Shown piece by piece: positions 17,392 to 29,853 of a stretch of DNA of 64,000 nt (the stretch's first letter is position 1; each line of letters starts with the position of its first letter). The DNA lies in NCBI GenBank assembly GCA_964291395.2, contig OZ219856.1:1312001-1376000 (forward strand), read 5' to 3'. Origin of the DNA: Alphaproteobacteria bacterium. Its GTDB lineage: Bacteria; Pseudomonadota; Alphaproteobacteria; UBA2966. The position numbers and the translations under genes are program-made. The notes below the pieces were generated by a model. The model saw only the letters and a list, made by a program, of their open reading frames with translations. It had not been told where the DNA came from and did no database searches.

Positions 17392-18944
17392 GTGCTTGAA
17401 GAGGTCACGGGTTCGGCGGTCTCGGAACTCTGGCGACTGGCGGGGCCATGGAGCAATAGCACCAGCGGCACCGTCGACAGGGCGAGCAACGTCAGCAGCC
17501 AGAAGTCATTGAGATAGCCGATCATCATGGCCTGCCGTGTCAACTCGCCGTCAATTCGCGCAAGGCCCTGGACCACTCCAATGTCGAGCAAGCCGCTTTG
17601 ATTGGTCAGACGAAGCGTCTCGTTGAACGGTGTGATGTGCTCTCCCAATGTGGCGTGGTTCACCTGCGTCGAGCGAGCCAGCACGGTGACCAATATCGAA
17701 ATGCCGACACTGCTCAGGAAAAACCGGCCGAACTGGAAGATCGCCGCTCCGTATCCGTGAAGGCTGGGAGGGAGAGTGGAGAAGGCAATGGTCGCGACGG
17801 CCGTCCATGTGAAGGCTTCACCCAGTCCCAGAACGGACCCCGCAACGAAAATCTCGAACAGACCCACCCCCAGGTCGAACGTCGACATGTACCAGAAGGC
17901 GGGTGCCTGAGAGGCCAGACCGAAGGCGAGGAGTACGCGAAAGTCGATGATTCTGATGAGCCGGGCGACGATCACGGCGCCGAGAACGAACCCCACGCCG
18001 CGCGGTGTCAGCATGATGCTGATGGTCTCGACGGGCACGTCCCGAAGACGCCCCAACAGGGTCGGGATCAGCATCAAGGGCGCAAACGTCAGGATTCCCG
18101 ATATACACCAGCAGGAAAACGCGACCGAATAGTTCCGATCCAGGAAAATGCGCAGGTCGACGAATGGTTGCCGGGTGGTCAGGCAGTGCACCAGAAACAC
18201 ATAGAACGCGATCCCCGCGACGACGGCGGAGATCGAGATCTCGGGTGCTTCGAACCAGTCCACTTGATTGCCGCGATCCAAGAGGAACTGCGCAGCGCCG
18301 ACGGAAACGGAGAGTGCCAAAAAGCCGAACCAGTCGAGGCGAAGCTCGGTGTGCCGCCTGGACTCCGTAATCGCGGCGACGACGAGGAAGTAGGTCGCGA
18401 TGCCGACGGGAACCATGAAGAGGAAGGCGAATCGCCAATTATACAGCTCGGTCAGCCATCCTCCGAGGGGCGGCGCCAGAATCGGCGCAAGCATCACGCC
18501 GCCCGACCAAACCGCCAGTACCCAGCCATGTTCCGCCTTGGCGAACGATCGCAAGATGATGGGCATGCATATGGGTGGGATCGGCCCTCCGAACAGCCCT
18601 TGCATGACCCGCCAGAAGACGACTTCCTCAAGGCTACCGGCAAACCCGAGCATCGATGAGGCGATCGTGAAGCCGATCACCGCGCCGATCAGTACTCGCC
18701 GCTGGCCGAATCGCATGCCGAACCAGCCTGCGGTGGGCATGGCGATGGCCGTCGACACCAGGGTTGCCGTGATCACCCACGATATCTCCTCAAGCCCCGC
18801 GGACAGGTCACCGCGAATCTGGGGCAGCACTGCGTTGGCAATGGTAACGTTCAGGGTCGGCAGCGCGGCCGCAAACGTGAGTGACAGCAGGATGAATATC
18901 TGCTGAATCCGGGAGTCGACGGTCGTATTGGTTTCGTCAGTCAC
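17388..18944 (-). CDS. DHA2 (EmrB/QacA) MFS exporter, first copy
   Basis: TIANAVLPQIRGDLSAGLEEISWV, LDRGNQVDWFE, RQAMMIGYLNDFW. GTG start with AGGGA upstream. Confidence 0.9.
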   Translation of the reverse strand: MTDETNTTVDSRIQQIFILLSLTFAAALPTLNVTIANAVLPQIRGDLSAGLEEISWVITATLVSTAIAMPTAGWFGMRFGQRRVLIGAVIGFTIASSMLGFAGSLEEVVFWRVMQGLFGGPIPPICMPIILRSFAKAEHGWVLAVWSGGVMLAPILAPPLGGWLTELYNWRFAFLFMVPVGIATYFLVVAAITESRRHTELRLDWFGFLALSVSVGAAQFLLDRGNQVDWFEAPEISISAVVAGIAFYVFLVHCLTTRQPFVDLRIFLDRNYSVAFSCWCISGILTFAPLMLIPTLLGRLRDVPVETISIMLTPRGVGFVLGAVIVARLIRIIDFRVLLAFGLASQAPAFWYMSTFDLGVGLFEIFVAGSVLGLGEAFTWTAVATIAFSTLPPSLHGYGAAIFQFGRFFLSSVGISILVTVLARSTQVNHATLGEHITPFNETLRLTNQSGLLDIGVVQGLARIDGELTRQAMMIGYLNDFWLLTLLALSTVPLVLLLHGPASRQSSETAEPVTSSST

Positions 18945-19173
18945 GCGGATTCCCTGATCCGTAGGCTCCACCGAGAGCAGATCGCCGAGGACCGTAAAAT
19001 TCAACCTGCCGGAATTGGAGCAGGACCGAGCTACTCGCCGGCGCGGTTCGAACGGCTGCAGTCAACCCTCGTCCCCGGCGGGCGTACCCTATCAGAGCGG
19101 TGTCATGACCTCGTCTCGACGAGGATGTGATCGCGCAGGATCCGTTTCCGACACGGCGATTCCGTATCCCGAA

Positions 19174-20067
19174 TCACTCAACCAGGCGTTTTCCTTCCGG
19201 GTCCTGATCCCGGAACCAATCCGCCATCCGGCTGCCGGTCACGAAGATGGTGTCGTTGCGCTCGAGCAACATGTCGAGGGTACGGGCGAACATGTCTAGC
19301 CGATAGGGAACCCCGATGATGTGGGGATGCAAGCCCATGGTCATGATGCGCGGCGGCGAGCCCGGCTCCCTGCCGAAATAGTCCACGGCGGCTTTCCAGC
19401 GCGTGTAATACTCGTCGGCCGTGTTCCGATCGAGCGCGAACGTCATCACGTCGTTCATGTCCAGCGCATAGGGCAGGGCGATCAAAGGCCCATGTTTGGT
19501 GCGCATCCAGCTCGGCGTGTCGTAGAACATCCAGTCGTGGATATATTCGATCCCCTTGCTTTTCAGAATGTCCGGCGTGTCGAGGCTCTCGCCGTATCCA
19601 GGGCCGAGCCATCCTTTGGGCCGTGAACCGGAATATGCCTCGAATTTCTCCAGCGCCTCCTCGATGACCCCCGCCTCGTCGTCCTCGTAGAGCAGAGAGC
19701 GCTGGAAAAGTCCGTGTCCGCAAAGCTCCCAGCCAGCGTCAAGGGCGAGCTGCGCGCAGGCGGGATAGTAGTCGGGCAGGGCCGCGTTCATCATGTTGGT
19801 CACGGGCAGGCCGCGTTCATCGAAGATGCGCGCAAGGCGCGGCACCCCGGTCCGTAAACCATATTCGACCCAGCTGAAGTTCCCGATGTCCGGCATCGGA
19901 GATTTGCCATGGGGATTCTGCAGGATAGCCCGGGGCATGGGCTGATCGAACGGCCATACCTCCAGGTTCATCACGATGTGAATCATGATGGGCTTGCCCT
20001 TCAGGGGCTCCAGCTTCGGCATTTCGGTGAGAAGTCGAAAGGGGATACGTGGATTGTTCTCCGGCAT
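19174..20067 (-). CDS. Polysaccharide deacetylase-family protein (PuuE allantoinase-like)
   Basis: MNLEVW, EYGLRTGVPRL, ELCGHG, PKGWLGPG, LHPHIIGVPYR. Confidence 0.85.
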   Translation of the reverse strand: MPENNPRIPFRLLTEMPKLEPLKGKPIMIHIVMNLEVWPFDQPMPRAILQNPHGKSPMPDIGNFSWVEYGLRTGVPRLARIFDERGLPVTNMMNAALPDYYPACAQLALDAGWELCGHGLFQRSLLYEDDEAGVIEEALEKFEAYSGSRPKGWLGPGYGESLDTPDILKSKGIEYIHDWMFYDTPSWMRTKHGPLIALPYALDMNDVMTFALDRNTADEYYTRWKAAVDYFGREPGSPPRIMTMGLHPHIIGVPYRLDMFARTLDMLLERNDTIFVTGSRMADWFRDQDPEGKRLVE

Positions 20068-20286
20068 GTCTATCCTGCTCCCAATTGGACGGTCCGATGT
20101 TCGGACAAGAAGGGTGTCAGCACGGTCTCAATGGTTTGGCTGAGGACTGCCACCTTTGATATCCGCCCCGATCCATTCGGTGAGCGGTTCTACCTCGATC
20201 CCTGCCGTCGCATGGAGGTTCTCGGGGCTCGGTTGCTCGGATGTTTGACCACTCGTGACTGTGGTCTCGATGTCCGACAACGGCTA

Positions 20287-21600
20287 TTAGTCCAGCGTTA
20301 CCAGGGTCCAGGCCAGCAGTCTTGTTCCCAGTGCAAAGTCTTCCAACTCCATGGCTTCGTCGGGGTTGTGGCTGCCGTGATCGTTGCGGATGAAAATCAT
20401 GGCCGCCGGAATTCCTACGTCGTGAAAATCGGCCGCGTCGTGACCGGCGCCGCTCGGGATGTCCATGTACGAGATGTCGAGAAGCTCGGCGCCTTGCCGC
20501 ATATGCGCGCGGAAATCTTCGTCCATTAGGGCCGGTGTGACCAAGGACATCTCATTGAGGCCGATTTCGATGCCGCGCCTTTCGCCGATCTCGACCGCGC
20601 GCTTCGTGACATAGTCCTGCATCTCTTCCAGAACCGCCCTGTCTTGGCTGCGGATGTCAAAGGCGAAGTCGACGGAGCCGGGAACCTTGACGATGGAATG
20701 ATGATCAGAATCGGTGAAAAATTTTCCGGCTGCGAAGACCATGTCACGGCCGTTCGCCCGTGCGTTATCGCATTGCCGTTCGAGGTCGAGGACGAGCTCC
20801 GCCGTCCCCAACACAGCATCCTGCCGCATCTCCTGCGGTACGGCGCCCGAGTGCGTGTAGGCACCTGTCGTGCGGGCGCTACGGGCCCGAAGGCAACCCC
20901 GTATCCCCGTGACGATGCCAACCGGGAATCCTTTGCGGTGAAGGACCGGACCTTGCTCGATGTGGAGCTCGAAGTACCCCTTTACGTTGTCGGGCCCCAG
21001 ATAGGGCCGGCTGCTCTCCCGGAAGTAGGAAGAGTCGAATCCCGCGTCGTCCATACACTGCGCGAGCGTCCGCCCGGTGTGAACGTGGATCGCCGATTCC
21101 ATCTCGCCCGGCCAAAGCAGTCCGAGTACGGCGCGGCTTCCCAGGTGTCCTCCGTGATGTCCGACGAACCAGGTGCTGCATTCCTCGGCCCGAATGCCCA
21201 TGACGGTAATGTCTCGCTGCGGTGTAACGCCCAGCCGTTGAAGTGCGGCCTGTGCGGTGACCCCAGCGATGACACCCGCGGCTCCATCGTAGTTGCCGCC
21301 GTGATAAACGGAATCGAGATGGGACCCCACGAACCACGCCGGCGCCTCCCGGTCCTCGCCGGGCAGCGTCATGTAGAGGTTCCCCGCCGGGTCCTTGCCG
21401 ATCTTGAGGTCCAGAGAAGTCGCGGCTTCTTCAAGGAGGTCATGCGCGATCTGCTCTCCCTCACCGTAGGAGCCGCGCGTGACGCCGACACCGTCCGCCG
21501 TCTTCTCTTCGAGTTCCGAGAAGAGACGCTCCGCGATCGGCATCGACGCATCTACAGCGTCAGAGAATTCCGCTGGGTTTGGTGCGGATCGACGGTTCAT
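20287..21600 (-). CDS. M20 Zn-dependent hydrolase, N-carbamoylase/allantoate amidohydrolase family
   Basis: GSHLDSV, GGNYDGAAG, RAEE, ELHIEQGPVL, SGAGHDA, SHNPDE. Confidence 0.9.
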   Translation of the reverse strand: MNRRSAPNPAEFSDAVDASMPIAERLFSELEEKTADGVGVTRGSYGEGEQIAHDLLEEAATSLDLKIGKDPAGNLYMTLPGEDREAPAWFVGSHLDSVYHGGNYDGAAGVIAGVTAQAALQRLGVTPQRDITVMGIRAEECSTWFVGHHGGHLGSRAVLGLLWPGEMESAIHVHTGRTLAQCMDDAGFDSSYFRESSRPYLGPDNVKGYFELHIEQGPVLHRKGFPVGIVTGIRGCLRARSARTTGAYTHSGAVPQEMRQDAVLGTAELVLDLERQCDNARANGRDMVFAAGKFFTDSDHHSIVKVPGSVDFAFDIRSQDRAVLEEMQDYVTKRAVEIGERRGIEIGLNEMSLVTPALMDEDFRAHMRQGAELLDISYMDIPSGAGHDAADFHDVGIPAAMIFIRNDHGSHNPDEAMELEDFALGTRLLAWTLVTLD

Positions 21601-21660
21601 GGGCAGACTCCGAACTCATGAGAGGGACTCTACACCATTCTCTGATTGCGGGAATTCCGT

Positions 21661-22638
21661 CTATTTCCAGACCTTTTGCGCGACCGCGAGCCAGTTACCG
21701 CCGAGAATGCCCCGCGTGTCCGCCTCGCTGAAGCCGTCTCGCAGGAGTCCCTCGATGATGAGGCCCATCTCTTCGGGTGGAATGTCGGGTATGGGGCGCG
21801 GATGGAAATGAGGGTTCCACATGGTCCGATTCGAAACCGACTGGTCGTAGATCAGATCGAGGGCGAGGCCGACGTGCTGGGGACCGACTAGATCCGCGAC
21901 GTACCGAACATGTCGGACCAGAAGGTCGACCAGCGACGTGCCGTCGTTCCCTAATACCGGCCCGAAGGCAATGATCCCGACGACCCCACCCGAGGCGGCG
22001 CAGGCCTTAATCTGGTCGTCCCGCACGTTGCGTGTGTGATCGCACAAGGCACGGGCATTGGCATGAGAGATGATGACCGGTTCGCTCGAAGCGTCGAACA
22101 CGTCCATGCTGGTTCGGTATCCGGTGTGAGCCACGTCGACCAACATGCCCACGCGGTTCATCTCCTTGACCAGATCGGCGCCCAAGCGGCTCAGTCCCCC
22201 GTCCGTCAGTTCCTGGCAGCCATCCCCGACCGGCGTCTTGACATTGTAGCACATGAGCATGTGGCGAATGCCGAGCTTGTAATACACCTCCACCATGGCG
22301 AGGTCGTGCGCGATGGGATTGGCACCCTGAAAATGAAACGCGATGGCGAGTTTGTTCTCCCGTCGGGCTCGCATGATGTCATCTGTCGATTCGATGAGGA
22401 CGTATGTATCGGGCCGCCCCAGGAAGTAGTGCCGTTCCTTGGCAATGGAGCGGATCGCCGCCGGGAGATCCATCCAGTCCCCGCCGACCGTGAGCGAAAC
22501 CACATCGAAACCGTTCTCCGCCATGCGCTGCAACATGGCTACTTTCAGTTCAGGATCGCCGTAGTCCGTATATGGCAGCGTCATGTCCCAAATGAGCGCG
22601 TTGGACTGAAGCTGTCGGGCTTGATCCGATACCTCCAT
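21661..22638 (-). CDS. Membrane (renal) dipeptidase family M19 protein
   Basis: DGGLSRLG, EMNRVGMLVDVAH, PVIISHAN, RNVRD, HVGLALD. Confidence 0.85.
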   Translation of the reverse strand: MEVSDQARQLQSNALIWDMTLPYTDYGDPELKVAMLQRMAENGFDVVSLTVGGDWMDLPAAIRSIAKERHYFLGRPDTYVLIESTDDIMRARRENKLAIAFHFQGANPIAHDLAMVEVYYKLGIRHMLMCYNVKTPVGDGCQELTDGGLSRLGADLVKEMNRVGMLVDVAHTGYRTSMDVFDASSEPVIISHANARALCDHTRNVRDDQIKACAASGGVVGIIAFGPVLGNDGTSLVDLLVRHVRYVADLVGPQHVGLALDLIYDQSVSNRTMWNPHFHPRPIPDIPPEEMGLIIEGLLRDGFSEADTRGILGGNWLAVAQKVWK

Positions 22639-22691
22639 GAATGCGGCGCCTCGGCTGACTGACGCGGCTCGAAAGCAGTAGCGACTCGTAT

Positions 22692-23711
22692 TCAGGCCGC
22701 CGCGCCAGGGAAGAGCGGAATCCCTTTTGCCCGTTCAATACCCGAGACTTCGTGGGGTTCATAAAGTTCTTCGAGAAACGTCATTTCCTCTTCGTCGAGT
22801 TGGATGTCCACGGCCTTCGCGGCGTCCGTGACATGGGATACCCGTGTGGCGCCGATTATGGGCGCCGTGACATACGGTTTGTGGAGGGTCCAGGCGATGG
22901 CGATTTGAGCCGGCGTATGGCCACGCTTCTTTGCCAGCGTGACGAGCCGGTCGATGATGTCGAAATTGTTGTCGAGGTGGTATAGCTGCCGAGATCGCGG
23001 ATCTCCCTTGGCACGTTTCGTTGGTGCGGCGCCCCGCCGCTTACGCTTGCCGGACAGGTATCCCTTGGCGAGCGGCGCCCAGGGGATGACTCCGACGCCC
23101 TCCTCCTCGCAGAGCGGCATCATTTCCCGCTCCTCCTCGCGATAGATGAGGTTGTAGTGATTCTGCATGGACACGAACCGGGTCCAGCCGTTGAGGTCCG
23201 CCGTATAGAGCATCTTCGTGAACTGGTAGGCAAACATGCTGGAGGCGCCCAGGTAGAGGACTTTGCCCGCCTTTACGACATCATGGAGCGCCTCGATCGT
23301 TTCCTCGATCGGGGTCAGGTGATCGAACCGATGTATCTGATAGAGATCCAGATAATCGGTCCCCAAGCGTTTCAAGCTGGCGTCGATACCTTCCATGATG
23401 TGCTTGCGGCTCAAGCCGCCGGCGTTGGGAGAGGGGCCCATGGGGTTGAAGACCTTCGACGCGATGACGAGTTCGTCTCTCCCGGCGTATCTCGTCAGCC
23501 ACTTCCCGGTAATCAATTCGCTCTCGCCGTTCGAATAGGTGTCGGCCGTATCGAAGAAATTGATGCCGAGGTCGAGGGCCTTCTTGAAGTGGGACCGGGC
23601 CCCTTTCTCGTCGATCATGTAGTCGCGATACCACCTGCCGCCGTAGCTCATGCAACCGAGCACCACGCGGCTGACCTTCAGACCCGTCTGACCGAGATTG
23701 ACGTATTCCAC
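22692..23711 (-). CDS. Aldo/keto reductase (YajO-like)
   Basis: LGCMSYG, FDTADTYSNG, SLKRLGTDYLDLYQIHR, MQNHYNLIYRE. GTG start with GGAGG SD. Confidence 0.93.
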   Translation of the reverse strand: MEYVNLGQTGLKVSRVVLGCMSYGGRWYRDYMIDEKGARSHFKKALDLGINFFDTADTYSNGESELITGKWLTRYAGRDELVIASKVFNPMGPSPNAGGLSRKHIMEGIDASLKRLGTDYLDLYQIHRFDHLTPIEETIEALHDVVKAGKVLYLGASSMFAYQFTKMLYTADLNGWTRFVSMQNHYNLIYREEEREMMPLCEEEGVGVIPWAPLAKGYLSGKRKRRGAAPTKRAKGDPRSRQLYHLDNNFDIIDRLVTLAKKRGHTPAQIAIAWTLHKPYVTAPIIGATRVSHVTDAAKAVDIQLDEEEMTFLEELYEPHEVSGIERAKGIPLFPGAAA

Positions 23712-23834
23712 CGGGCATCCTCCCTGTCGGTATATGTCCTGAGTTGCCGACGTTATAACAGAGGAACGCGATCGGTGGCGCGTCGCACCTCGGGCAAGCT
23801 ACCATGCAGCGATCCGTGACAGTTTGATGAATTG

Positions 23835-26699
<2,865 letters not shown>

Positions 26700-26954
26700 T
26701 CAATCCCGAAGACCTATGGTGGGTCTCGGGACCGACGCCCTGGCTCCTTGAGAACGGCGATCCCTTCGTTGTTGTGGCATGCCGGGCGCGGCACCTCGCA
26801 GGGCTACAGCACTGACTAGCTCACGTAGTAGTCCCGCGCCGCCGGGACTGGGGCGCCGCATCCGGGAAGTGCACTGGTACGAAAAAGGACCGCCACGAGC
26901 CGTCCCGATCCGGGGGCGACGGCGCTTCGAGGTCATCCGTGCGTCATTCTTGCG

Positions 26955-28211
26955 TTAAGCGTTGTACCTGTCGAGCGCCCATTGGGAGGGGTCTATTTCG
27001 GGATCGCGTCCGCTCATCATGTCGCTCACCAGCTTCGCCGAACCGCAGGCGAGTGTCCAACCGACCGAACCATGACCCGTGTTCAGGAACAGGTTGCGGA
27101 ACCTCGTTTTTCCAATCACGGGAGAGCCGTCGGGAGTCATGGGGCGTAGACCCGTCCAGAAAACGACCTGTCCGGGGTCGCTACCGTTCGGAAAAAGTTC
27201 AAATAGGGGCTTGAGAACGGATCGTGCCCGGCGCTCGTCGATGCGACGATCGTAGCCGACCAATTCCGCCGTGCCGGCCGCCCGGAGTTTGCCGCCGAGA
27301 CGGGCGACAACGACCTTGCGTTCCTCGTCGGCTATCCCCATGGACGGCGCATTGTTACGGCCTTCGACAGGAAGGGTCACGGAATACCCTTTGACGGGGT
27401 AGACGGGCAGCGAAACGCCGAGCCGCTTGGTGAACAGAGGGCTTTCGCTCCCCATCGCGACCACGACGGCGTCGGCCTTCCTGGTACCGCCATCGGTCTT
27501 CACGCCGGTCACCGTGTCGCCGTTGGTATCGATCGAGACCGCGCGTTCATTGTAGTGGAAGCGGACGCCCATGCGTTCGCAGTACTTCGCGAGTTCTCGC
27601 GTGAAGACGTGAGCGTCGCCGCATTCGTCGAGGGGCGAATATATGCCACCGGCGATCGAGGTTGCCGCATCCTCCAGCGCGGGTTCCCTCCTCAGACATT
27701 CCCGCGCGTCGAGTGCCTCCTTGCTGACGCCCTCGCGGCGCAAAGCCTCGGCGTGCCCAGCCGCCGCCTCATAAGCCTGGGGGGTTCGGAACACGGACAG
27801 GATGCCGCGCGCTGAGTGATCGAACCGAATGCCTGTCGACTCCCGGACCACCGTCAGCATCCTCTGGCTGTATCTCGACAGGCGCTGAAGCCTTACCGCA
27901 TTCTCATGAAAGCGGTCTGGCGTGCAGTTGCGAAGGAATGAAACTCCCCAACGCCACATGTGAGGATCGAGCTGCGGCACCATCCGGAAAGGGGCATCGC
28001 GCCTTCCCATCCAGCGCAACAGTTGTCCTGGCAGTTCAGGTCTCGACCAGGGAGCGGCATGGCCGACGGAAATCTGCCCCCCGTTGGCGAAGCTGGTTTC
28101 GAGGCCCACACCGTCGCGCCGTTCGATAACCGAGACCTCGTGACCAGCTTCACTGAGGAAGTGGGCCGTGGTGACACCGATTACCCCGCCGCCGAGGACG
28201 ACAACCTTCAC
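26955..28211 (-). CDS. dadA: D-amino acid dehydrogenase
   Basis: VVVLGGGVIG FAD motif, ETSFANGGQIS, YPVKGYS, WTGLRPMTPDG, NTGHGSVGWTLACGS. Confidence 0.88.
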   Translation of the reverse strand: MKVVVLGGGVIGVTTAHFLSEAGHEVSVIERRDGVGLETSFANGGQISVGHAAPWSRPELPGQLLRWMGRRDAPFRMVPQLDPHMWRWGVSFLRNCTPDRFHENAVRLQRLSRYSQRMLTVVRESTGIRFDHSARGILSVFRTPQAYEAAAGHAEALRREGVSKEALDARECLRREPALEDAATSIAGGIYSPLDECGDAHVFTRELAKYCERMGVRFHYNERAVSIDTNGDTVTGVKTDGGTRKADAVVVAMGSESPLFTKRLGVSLPVYPVKGYSVTLPVEGRNNAPSMGIADEERKVVVARLGGKLRAAGTAELVGYDRRIDERRARSVLKPLFELFPNGSDPGQVVFWTGLRPMTPDGSPVIGKTRFRNLFLNTGHGSVGWTLACGSAKLVSDMMSGRDPEIDPSQWALDRYNA

Positions 28212-28307
28212 GCCGTGATCCTCTTTTCAATGCCCGTGCACGCGGGACTCGACTGGATCCGAGAACTGAACATAGCTTTCCGGCAACGCACCTGTGGGAG
28301 AACCTCC

Positions 28308-29758
28308 GTGTCGGACGACATTCTATACATGCCCGCCAGCGAACTGGTCGATCGTTATCGCGACCGAAGTCTCTCTCCGGTCGACGTCACGCGCGCCACG
28401 CTCGATCGTATTTCTGCGATCGACGAAAAGACGAACGCTTATGTCGTGGTCGATGCGGAATTGGCCATGGAGGCCGCATGGGCTTCGGAGAAGAGATGGC
28501 GTGACGGCAAGCCAATGGGCCTCGTGGATGGGGTTCCGTGTTCGGTCAAGGATCTGGTGCTCGCCAAGGGGTGGCCGACGCTCTTCGGATCGAAAACAAC
28601 CGATCCCGATCAGGCTTGGGATGCCGATGCGCCCTGTGTGGCACGGCTGCGGGAACACGGTGCCGTCATCCTCGGCAAGACGACGACGCCGGAATTCGGG
28701 TGGAAGGGCGTCACGGACAGTGCGGTATCGGGCATCACACGAAACCCCTGGAATCTGGAAAAGACACCTGGTGGCTCGAGCGGGGGTGCAGGAGCGGCCG
28801 TAGCGGCGGGAATGTGCCATCTGGCCATTGGTACCGACGGCGGAGGTTCCATTCGCATTCCTTCGGGTTTCTCGGGGACCTTCGGCCTGAAGCCGAGCTT
28901 CGGGCGCGTGCCTGCCTGGCCGGCGGGGCCGGTTCGGCACGCTCGGGCACGTGGGTCCCATGACGCGAACGGTAGAGGACGCGGCGCTCATGCTGACCGT
29001 CCACGGGAGCCCCGCGAACGGTAGAGGACGCGGCGCTCATGCTGACCGTCATCTCACAGCCCGATCCCCGTGACTGGACGGCGCTGCCCTACGATCCTCG
29101 TGACTACCGCGACGGTCTGGACCGGGGACTGGAAGGACTCCGAGTCGCGTTCACGCCTGACCTGGGCTATGCCGATGTCGATTCCGAAATCTCCAAAATC
29201 ACCACCCGCGCCGCCGAGTCGTTCTCATACTTCGGTGCGGAGGTCGTCCACGGGAGCCCCGGGTTCGAGGATCCCAAAGTCGCCTTTCGGACGCTGTGGT
29301 GGGCGGGTGCCGCGAACGGACTTCGCGGGTTGACCGATCAACAGATGAAGCTCGTGGAGCCCGATCTTGCCGACATGGTGGAAGAGGGAAGGAAGATTCC
29401 GCTGCTCGACTACATCGCCGCGGACCAGGAGCGGGTCGTCCTGGGCGAACTCATGATGGAGTTCCACCAGACATACGATCTTCTCCTGACGCCCAGTCTG
29501 GCGGTCGCCGCATTTGAAACGGGAACGTTCTCGCCCCGCGAGACCGACGATCCGAAGTGGATTACATGGTCGCCGTTCACCTATCCCTTCAACATGACCA
29601 AGCAACCGGCCGCGAGCGTTCCCTGCGGGTTCACGGCCGACGGATTGCCCGTGGGCTTGCAGATCGTCGGTCCCATGTTCGCGGACCACTTGGTGTTGCG
29701 CGCGTCCCAGGCCTACCAGCGGGGGTTCCCCCTGACCGACAGGCGGCCACCGATTTGA
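28308..29758 (+). pseudogene. Amidase signature family protein, disrupted by a +1 frameshift (~28931) and a 49-nt insertion (29002-29050)
   Basis: VKDL, TPGGSSGG, GTDGGGSIRIPS, then HVGPMTRTVEDAA in another frame, then a C-half with YPFNMTKQPAASVP and GLPVGLQIVG. Confidence 0.85.
28964..29050 (+). repeat. Exact 38-bp direct repeat separated by 11 nt
   Basis: CGCGAACGGTAGAGGACGCGGCGCTCATGCTGACCGTC at 28964-29001 and 29013-29050. Confidence 0.95.
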
Positions 29759-29853
29759 GCCTGCGCACCGCGTCGGCCGAACGCCCGGTGAGGGCGCGGA
29801 TGTAGGGGAGGTTCCGTGATAGAGTTGAGCATCATCTAGACCGGGAGGATCGA

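Noticed and set aside
28964-29050. 38-bp direct repeat as a possible CRISPR repeat
   Set aside because: Only two copies with an 11-nt spacer, made of amidase coding sequence, and no cas genes are present.
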